Shown here: positions 38,158 to 43,486 of the stretch, one piece after another
Position numbering within the stretch: position 1 is the stretch's first letter
Layout: every line of letters begins with the position of its first letter
IMG/VR virus record: IMGVR_UViG_3300035105_000308
Coordinates: 1 to 43,486 of that record
DNA length: 43,486 bases
Source: a virus
Taxonomy: Duplodnaviria > Caudoviricetes
Reading direction: 5' to 3' (one strand)
Translations under genes and position numbers: made by a program
Notes under the pieces: model-generated
Told to the model about the DNA's origin: nothing
Seen by the model: only the letters and a program-made list of their open reading frames with translations
The model's database searches: none

Positions 38158-38450
38158 TGTCATATGGACTTAAAGCTAAAGACGACCGGGGCCATCTTGT
38201 TCTTGATACTGATTTCCTGCTTAACAGAGTAGCATTTACGAAAAACGTTAATTCTGGAGCAAGCAGTTCTGAGTCTGTGCCAGCGCTTTCCGGAAAGAAA
38301 TCGGTCGAGACCGCAATTTGTGTTGATCCATCGGCGGCCTATCAATCGCCCCATGAGGTCAGCCGGAGTGGAACCACGGTGTCGTGGTCTGCTCATTCGG
38401 AATCGTGGGTTCGTTGTGCAAGTGTAGTTTTTAGTTTTATTTATAACTGA
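38157..38450 (+). CDS. Small tail-tip associated protein
   Basis: MSYGL...D..G motif typical of genes directly after J. Confidence 0.6.
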   Translation: MSYGLKAKDDRGHLVLDTDFLLNRVAFTKNVNSGASSSESVPALSGKKSVETAICVDPSAAYQSPHEVSRSGTTVSWSAHSESWVRCASVVFSFIYN

Positions 38451-38452
38451 TT

Positions 38453-39139
38453 ATGTCGAGATATAACCTTCAAATATACAACAAAAAAAATCAGGTCCTG
38501 GTGGACGGGGTCTACAAGAACTTTTCTGTTTATGAACAGGGCACAGAATCTCTTTCGGCCCGGACATTAACATCGGTTAGTTTTTCGAATACTACTTTAC
38601 AGATTCCCCTGATAGCGATACGTCCGTCAACATCCGGGTTTGTTTCGGTATTTGGATACACAACGTCTGGAGATGAGTGGAGTGGGTTCAAGGTTATGTC
38701 CGATTCGGATCTTGATGTTGACTGGAAAGCATATCTTGCACATCCGCAGGCTGAGGCAGCAAGTCATGGGCTGATTGTGAAAAATGATAAAGGCGAATAT
38801 GTTTTTGATTCAGCCCGAGAATATTTCAGCATATTCGATGTCGAGAAGAATATATCAATTGCTATTGCAGCGCCGGATGCCACTTCCGGGGGGTATCAGG
38901 ATATTACGCATTCGGGCATAAGTAATCCTTATTATGTCCTGGCTCCGCTTGGGTGGTGGGAACGGCGTTATGTTATGCCATATCAAGGTCCGGTATATTT
39001 TTTTAGAACGGGGATAAAAAAACTATCCTCAACATCTGTCAGAGTAGGGTGGACGTATTGTTATGAGGGGGTCACGAATTATGCAGATAGCTTTGGGTAT
39101 AACCCAGATTATAATTTAATAATTTTAGAAAATAGATAA
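38453..39139 (+). CDS. Tail-tip associated protein
   Basis: Y.LQIYN and GL.V.N..G..VFDS repeats. Confidence 0.6.
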   Translation: MSRYNLQIYNKKNQVLVDGVYKNFSVYEQGTESLSARTLTSVSFSNTTLQIPLIAIRPSTSGFVSVFGYTTSGDEWSGFKVMSDSDLDVDWKAYLAHPQAEAASHGLIVKNDKGEYVFDSAREYFSIFDVEKNISIAIAAPDATSGGYQDITHSGISNPYYVLAPLGWWERRYVMPYQGPVYFFRTGIKKLSSTSVRVGWTYCYEGVTNYADSFGYNPDYNLIILENR

Positions 39140-39213
39140 AAATCGAGGATAACTTTGATTAGAATAAATTTTGTTTTTATGTACACTATACGTCAAAAAA
39201 AAGGATCAAAAAC

Positions 39214-39513
39214 ATGGAATGGGTACTCGGAGGCGGAGCGTTAATGGCTTTTATAGGGTTGATGGGCGTTGTGGTTCGCATGAGTCACAAACTTGACGAC
39301 AGGGCAGAGATGATAGACGCAAAGGTCAACAATGTCTACAAGCGAATAGACACTGAACGCGATGACACAGAAAAAAAATACGTCCAGCAGAAAGTCTGCG
39401 AGATTTTACATCGACAACTTCGGAACGATCTTTCCGAAATAAAAACAGACGTTAAACTTTTGTTGCTGCAATCGGGAGCAAGCGGAGATGCAAGTAAACG
39501 CGGAAAGGCTTGA
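39214..39513 (+). CDS. Holin-like protein (1 TM plus coiled coil)
   Basis: N-terminal TM; post-tail position. Confidence 0.5.
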   Translation: MEWVLGGGALMAFIGLMGVVVRMSHKLDDRAEMIDAKVNNVYKRIDTERDDTEKKYVQQKVCEILHRQLRNDLSEIKTDVKLLLLQSGASGDASKRGKA

Positions 39514-39643
39514 CAGGGCATTACATCAGATCCCTCTGGCGATCAAACACTTGCAGGACATAGAGCTTGAGCTTATGGAGTTAAGACAGAGCATTATAAA
39601 GTCAATCGAGGACGAAAAAAAGGAGGACAAAAATGGTAGATAA
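39488..39643 (+). CDS. Small coiled-coil protein (51 aa, not in ORF track)
   Basis: MQVNAERLD...NGR*; overlaps both neighbours. Confidence 0.4.
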   Translation: MQVNAERLDRALHQIPLAIKHLQDIELELMELRQSIIKSIEDEKKEDKNGR

Positions 39644-39788
39644 ACTTATCAAAGCGGGTGCAATTTTTGTAGGAGCCGGCGTAGGTTCTTTGGCGGTCTG
39701 GAGCCTGATGACGCTTATGCCAAACACAACAATCATAGCCGGAGGGATAGCCGGAGGATATATAACCTATCTCAAAGTCTGGAAATGA
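39633..39788 (+). CDS. Small 2-TM holin candidate (51 aa, not in ORF track)
   Basis: RBS AGGAGG; MVDKLIKAGAIFVGAGVGSLAVWSLMTLMPNTTIIAGGIAGGYITYLKVWK*. Confidence 0.6.
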   Translation: MVDKLIKAGAIFVGAGVGSLAVWSLMTLMPNTTIIAGGIAGGYITYLKVWK

Positions 39789-40126
39789 AAGGCGAGAAGT
39801 TCCAAGTCAGTAAGTTTTTTGACTTTTCTCCGGAAGCCTGGTATAAGGTTTTCGGACTGGCTTTCAAGGTTTTTATATTTTGTTTAATTGTCCTCGGGGT
39901 GGTCTGGGTGAAAAACTTTCTTTTCCCGCCCGCCTCGCAGAACGTTAACGAGCCGAATATTCACGTCGCTGAGGGTGGATCCCTGGCTTATACGGTACAT
40001 CAGGGCAAGAAAGAGCGATCCTGGTGGGTTCCGTCGCCGTTTGTAGAGGTCTATGGATTCGGAGAAAAGGCCAAAGACGATCGTATGGGCGTGGGAGCAA
40101 AGGGCGGGCTCAGGTGGGAGTTTTAA
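39785..40126 (+). CDS. Membrane protein with C-terminal beta-hairpin ending in Phe
   Basis: TM FKVFIFCLIVLGVVWV; ends GVGAKGGLRWEF. Confidence 0.6.
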   Translation: MKGEKFQVSKFFDFSPEAWYKVFGLAFKVFIFCLIVLGVVWVKNFLFPPASQNVNEPNIHVAEGGSLAYTVHQGKKERSWWVPSPFVEVYGFGEKAKDDRMGVGAKGGLRWEF

Positions 40127-40171
40127 TCCTTATTCTCGATGAAGTGGTAAGTCAGAGACCAGATCCTCTGG

Positions 40172-40205
40172 ATAAAAAGCCCCCATTTTATTGGGAGCTT
40201 TTTAT
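40172..40205. terminator. Bidirectional terminator
   Basis: ATAAAAAGCCCCCA...TGGGAGCTTTTTAT between convergent genes. Confidence 0.65.
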
Positions 40206-40408
40206 TTGATATACCCTTTTATAGGGTGTCCGCACTGAGAACAGCGCCATCCGCCGATCCGGACGGATGAAAGGATCCACACGATAGACCATATTCCGCA
40301 AGTTATAAGGGTAAGGATGAAATGCATCCAATGGTTTGTTCCTTTCCGGCGAACAAGGACCTGTTTGTCGCAGGTCTTACAAAATCCTGACTTTTCGTCA
40401 ACTGGCAT
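40202..40408 (-). CDS. Membrane-associated Zn-ribbon (LITAF-like) protein
   Basis: CKTC...NH..HFILTLITCGIW..VW...CSQCG. Confidence 0.7.
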   Translation of the reverse strand: MPVDEKSGFCKTCDKQVLVRRKGTNHWMHFILTLITCGIWSIVWILSSVRIGGWRCSQCGHPIKGYIK

Positions 40409-40850
40409 TCTCGCTCCTTTCTTCTATTTCCTCTTTTATGTCATCAAGGATGTCCTTGCGCAGTTTGAACTTCTCGCTTAAAACATCCCACGCTTTCATC
40501 TTCTTCATGGAAAATGTCCGGACATCATCCTGCTGATTGCACCAGGCGTGCAGGCGACCGTTCTCGATGAGATACGGATCCACGGTCCGGCGTGATGTTC
40601 CGTATTCTGTCGCGTAATCAAAAGCGATCTTCTCCCGGGCCTTTATGGCCTGGTTGAGGATGTCCACGGTTAAAGGCAGGCTCCGGGCGCAGTTTGAGCA
40701 CATTATCTTATCGAGTTTTAATGTGAGTTTGCCGGACATGGCGTCCAGGCGGGAAAAGGCCTTATTGCAGACTTCGCATTTGGTGGTTTTTCGGCTCATC
40801 CAGATCAGGACGGCCAGTAGAACGATTCCTATAAAAATTAAAGCTCCCAT
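40398..40850 (-). CDS. TM plus Zn finger plus WYL-domain protein
   Basis: N-terminal TM; CEVC/CSNC; FDY......SRRTVDPY.......LHAWC.....VRTF. Confidence 0.75.
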   Translation of the reverse strand: MGALIFIGIVLLAVLIWMSRKTTKCEVCNKAFSRLDAMSGKLTLKLDKIMCSNCARSLPLTVDILNQAIKAREKIAFDYATEYGTSRRTVDPYLIENGRLHAWCNQQDDVRTFSMKKMKAWDVLSEKFKLRKDILDDIKEEIEERSENAS

Positions 40851-40967
40851 AATATCACCCCTTTTTATGCTTTCAACACAAGTATACCGCAAATCCCGAT
40901 TCAAGTCCACTGCACGAGGATCCGGGGGCAGTAAAGAACTTCACAGAAAAAAGCCAGATTAATTTAC

Positions 40968-40996
40968 TTGCTTATCGTGGCACAATGTGGCACAAT
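40968..40996 (+). promoter_or_regulatory. Promoter overlapped by a tandem operator-like repeat
   Basis: TTGCTT-N17-CACAAT with extended TG; GTGGCACAAT twice (40977-40996). Confidence 0.55.
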
Positions 40997-41043
40997 TACA
41001 ACGTAGTTAGTTGATGGAAAGTGAGCTAAAAAAGGAGGGGATC

Positions 41044-41355
41044 ATGAAAATTAAAACTGAAATAGAAGTCGCAGTTGTGATGGGAGGGGTTTCGCATAAT
41101 AGCACAAGTTGTCAAGGGTATCTGCCAGAGGGAACTCGTCACGAGGATGTTGTCCGGGTCTTTGGCTTGCCCCAGATTGGGGGATCCCTGGACAGCAAGG
41201 TCCAGGCCGAGTGGGTAGGGAAGATCAACGGACTGGTTTTTACAATCTACGATTACAAGTCAAACGTCGCTGTTGAAGAAAACACCGACTGGCACATCGG
41301 AGGCGAACAGAAGTTCGTCGCAGATCTGGTAAATATCTATTTCAACGCTCGCTAA
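41044..41355 (+). CDS. Conserved-looking small phage protein
   Basis: RBS AGGAGG; KVQAEW...FTIYDYK...WHIGG. Confidence 0.65.
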   Translation: MKIKTEIEVAVVMGGVSHNSTSCQGYLPEGTRHEDVVRVFGLPQIGGSLDSKVQAEWVGKINGLVFTIYDYKSNVAVEENTDWHIGGEQKFVADLVNIYFNAR

Positions 41356-41377
41356 CAAATAGGGGGAGGGGGAGCAA

Positions 41378-41545
41378 ATGAAAAAACAAGACTTAAAAAA
41401 CAAGTTTTTGACGGTCAGGGTGTCATCGGAGGAGTTGGAGCAAATATATGATGATGCCAAGAAGCACGAACGTTCGGCCAGCAGTTTTATTCTGTGGGTA
41501 TACCACGAATGGAGGAAACGGTTCAGGCCGAAAAAGAAAAAATAG
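41378..41545 (+). CDS. Ribbon-helix-helix (Arc/MobC-like) regulator (55 aa, not in ORF track)
   Basis: MKKQDLKNKFLTVRVSSEELEQIYDDAKKHERSASSFI... Confidence 0.7.
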   Translation: MKKQDLKNKFLTVRVSSEELEQIYDDAKKHERSASSFILWVYHEWRKRFRPKKKK

Positions 41546-41557
41546 AGGAGGTTGGTT

Positions 41558-41878
41558 ATGTTTCCTAAATACGCAAAAGTACGTTTAAAATGGAAGGCGT
41601 TTCGTTTTTACTGCCGGATGAGAAAAAAGCTCGGATCCCCGGATTTTAAAAACGATTCAAAAATGGCGGAGTTTTTCGGGTATAGCCGGGGGTTGATCAG
41701 TCAGATCCTGACGGCGTCTAAGGATTCGGACAAGTATCCGAACTTCCACCTGTCCAGCGAGTTTATAGCCACGGTGCTTTATAAAACCGGCGCGCGGTTC
41801 GATGAGTTTTTCGATATCGTGGAGGATCCGGATTACGATCCGAACAACAAGTACACCAAGTTTTTCAAAAATGATTAA
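41558..41878 (+). CDS. Xre/Cro-like HTH protein
   Basis: DSKMAEFFGYSRGLISQIL...S.EFIA......GARFDEFF; RBS GGAGG. Confidence 0.65.
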   Translation: MFPKYAKVRLKWKAFRFYCRMRKKLGSPDFKNDSKMAEFFGYSRGLISQILTASKDSDKYPNFHLSSEFIATVLYKTGARFDEFFDIVEDPDYDPNNKYTKFFKND

Positions 41879-41898
41879 TGCCTTTTTTCCATTTTTAC

Positions 41899-41926
41899 TT
41901 GACTTTTTTCCGGGGTATGGTAAAGT
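41899..41926 (+). promoter_or_regulatory. Outward-facing sigma70-like promoter toward attR
   Basis: TTGACT-N16-TAAAGT with extended TG. Confidence 0.45.
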
Positions 41927-41988
41927 CTGTTTAATCGCGTTAAACAAAAGCGATTTGTTCTTTCAAAGATTGCATCAGATAGGGGTTC

Positions 41989-42012
41989 GGGATTGCGGGA
42001 GCAATCCTTTTT
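41989..42012 (+). terminator. Intrinsic terminator just inside attR
   Basis: GGATTGC-GGGA-GCAATCC followed by T5. Confidence 0.6.
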
Positions 42013-42024
42013 AAATCATTGCCA

Positions 42025-42052
42025 ACGTCCGATAATGTATGTTATGTTAACT
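42025..42052 (+). other. dif: attR = chromosomal dif site (XerC/XerD)
   Basis: ACGTCCGATAA TGTATG TTATGTTAACT; XerD arm 10/11 and spacer 5/6 to E. coli dif; flanking genes converge on it. Confidence 0.9.
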
Positions 42053-42152
42053 TGGCGAAAAGAGCTTTTCACGTTTCCTCAAAAAAGCTGTTTAGGGCTG
42101 GTCTCCCGAAAATTATTTTGTTAGTTTATCTGGACGACGGTTCAGGAATGCG

Positions 42153-42965
42153 CTATTTTTTGATATCTGCGGCATTTTCGATGCATTCGATAAGAAAAGT
42201 CCGTTTTTCGCCTCTTAAGTGGCAATATGAATGTAGATATTTACCATTGATGCTTATGGGGGTTATTGCCCGTTTTGTGGAATTGTCTGACCACTTGGAC
42301 CTGTAATGGATGAAAACAGGTCTTTGCTCCCTCATAGCTTTATGTAAGATGTCCAAAAACGGTTTGTTACGGTGCAAATCTTTGTTTATTATTTCACCGC
42401 ATGGAACAGCGATATCTTCAACATTATCGATTTTCTTTTGTTTTAATAACGGATAAGCTTTATCGAATACTTCCAACGCGGTTTTGGCGTCGGATAACGC
42501 TCTGTGTTCGTTTTTGCGTTCAATTCCCAAAAAATCGGCGACATTTGAAAGTGTGTAACGTCTCCCCGGTATGCTAAAGCATTTCCTCGCGATCTTCAGC
42601 ATATCTATCACATACATGTTTTTTAGAATAATATTATCATTTTTCAGAGCTGCGGCCAGAAATCCGATGTCAAATGGAGCGTTATATGCCATAAGCACGG
42701 TATTTTCGATGAATTTTATGAAACACGGCAAAATTTCGCTTATTCCGGGTTTTCCCGCCAGCATCTCCGGTGTTATCCGATTTATACGGTATGCCGCTTT
42801 TGAGATAGGTCTTCCGGGGGCAATAAGTTCATCAAAAACAGATCTTTTGCCTTCAGGTGTGACCTTTACCGCCCCTATTTCGCATATACGGTCACCCCCC
42901 GGCCCCGGAAAAAGGCCGGTTGTTTCCAGGTCTAAACTTGTAATTACCGCCTTGCTGAGTTTCAT
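42153..42965 (-). CDS. DEDDh 3'-5' exonuclease (DnaQ-like) with C-terminal WYL domain (host)
   Basis: DLETTG, AYNAPFD, HRALSDA; IHY....R.ITP...YLHSYCHLRGEKRTF. Confidence 0.88.
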   Translation of the reverse strand: MKLSKAVITSLDLETTGLFPGPGGDRICEIGAVKVTPEGKRSVFDELIAPGRPISKAAYRINRITPEMLAGKPGISEILPCFIKFIENTVLMAYNAPFDIGFLAAALKNDNIILKNMYVIDMLKIARKCFSIPGRRYTLSNVADFLGIERKNEHRALSDAKTALEVFDKAYPLLKQKKIDNVEDIAVPCGEIINKDLHRNKPFLDILHKAMREQRPVFIHYRSKWSDNSTKRAITPISINGKYLHSYCHLRGEKRTFLIECIENAADIKK

Positions 42966-42979
42966 ATAACCTATTATTA

Positions 42980-43486
42980 TTAATTATTTACTATGTGAAG
43001 TAACCGGCTTCTGGCTATATCTCCCGGACTCGTGACAGCGCTGAGAGGAACATCTGGAACTATATCCAATCCTCCGAAATCAAAAGCTTCGTAGCATAGT
43101 TCAGAACAGAAATAATCTCTTTCTTTTTGCCACCGGTTCGCTGTTTCTGAAATATTTTTTTTGAATTTGGAAGCCAGCTTGAGTATGCCCAACCATAATA
43201 CACCTTTATAATCATAGCCGTTATTAAGCTGTTTTACCAGATAAGCAAGACACATCCCCAGATCATAATCGTATTCTTTTTTTACCCGATATACGTCATA
43301 AGAAGAACTGATCCCACTTACAGACCTTGCCCTTACTCCTCCTCTGGTTATTGCTTCAATAGCCAAGTCAAGTTCAGGTGATACACAAACGGCAACATGA
43401 GAATATTTGCTGTCAGTTCCCCATGCTATCATGCGGGAAATTAGATCGTTCTCCGCCTTGAACAAAAGAATATCTCCGGATTTCAT
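42980..43486 (-). CDS. Permuted papain-like (YiiX/YebB, NlpC/P60) protein (host)
   Basis: GDILLF, YSHVA, GYDY, YFCSEL, PGDI. Confidence 0.8.
   Translation of the reverse strand: MKSGDILLFKAENDLISRMIAWGTDSKYSHVAVCVSPELDLAIEAITRGGVRARSVSGISSSYDVYRVKKEYDYDLGMCLAYLVKQLNNGYDYKGVLWLGILKLASKFKKNISETANRWQKERDYFCSELCYEAFDFGGLDIVPDVPLSAVTSPGDIARSRLLHIVNN

Larger units (their letters stand above)
802..42041 (+). mobile_element. Lambda-like tailed prophage (~41.2 kb) integrated at dif, no recognisable integrase
   Basis: 19-bp direct repeats at both ends; full head/tail/terminase/replication gene set; host-type genes outside the repeats. Confidence 0.92.

Noticed and set aside
24788-39139. Diversity-generating retroelement or invertible tail-fibre cassette
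   Set aside because: No reverse transcriptase, invertase or template/variable repeat pair seen
964-41947. Numerous short antisense or alternative-frame ORFs in the track
   Set aside because: Shadow ORFs without RBS or motifs; only 11504-12661 carries functional motifs
42019-42306. ORF spanning attR
   Set aside because: Runs through dif and antisense to the exonuclease gene; no motifs

Overview
Almost the whole window (about 802-42041; predicted excised circle 41,221 bp) is one apparently complete tailed, lambda-like dsDNA prophage. It carries recombination, glycosylation/methylation, replication, cos/terminase, head, non-contractile tail, lysis and regulatory modules. It is bounded by a 19-bp direct repeat (CAACGTCCGATAATGTATG at 802-820 and 42023-42041). 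The right copy is part of a near-canonical chromosomal dif site (ACGTCCGATAA TGTATG TTATGTTAACT); the left copy has the same XerC arm and spacer but a degenerate XerD arm. I recognise no integrase or transposase in the element, so it looks like a tailed phage that integrates through host XerCD at dif. Other notable points: a C5 methyltransferase apparently split over two almost fully overlapping frames, a sugar-nucleotide/glycosyltransferase cassette, a G8-frameshifted adenine methyltransferase, a membrane-anchored WYL protein, a structured RNA leader, and an outward promoter that excision would join to the early operon. Host flanks are a TPR gene end (left) and DnaQ-WYL plus YiiX-like genes (right), converging on dif. 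All protein calls come from motif recognition by eye, not database searches.
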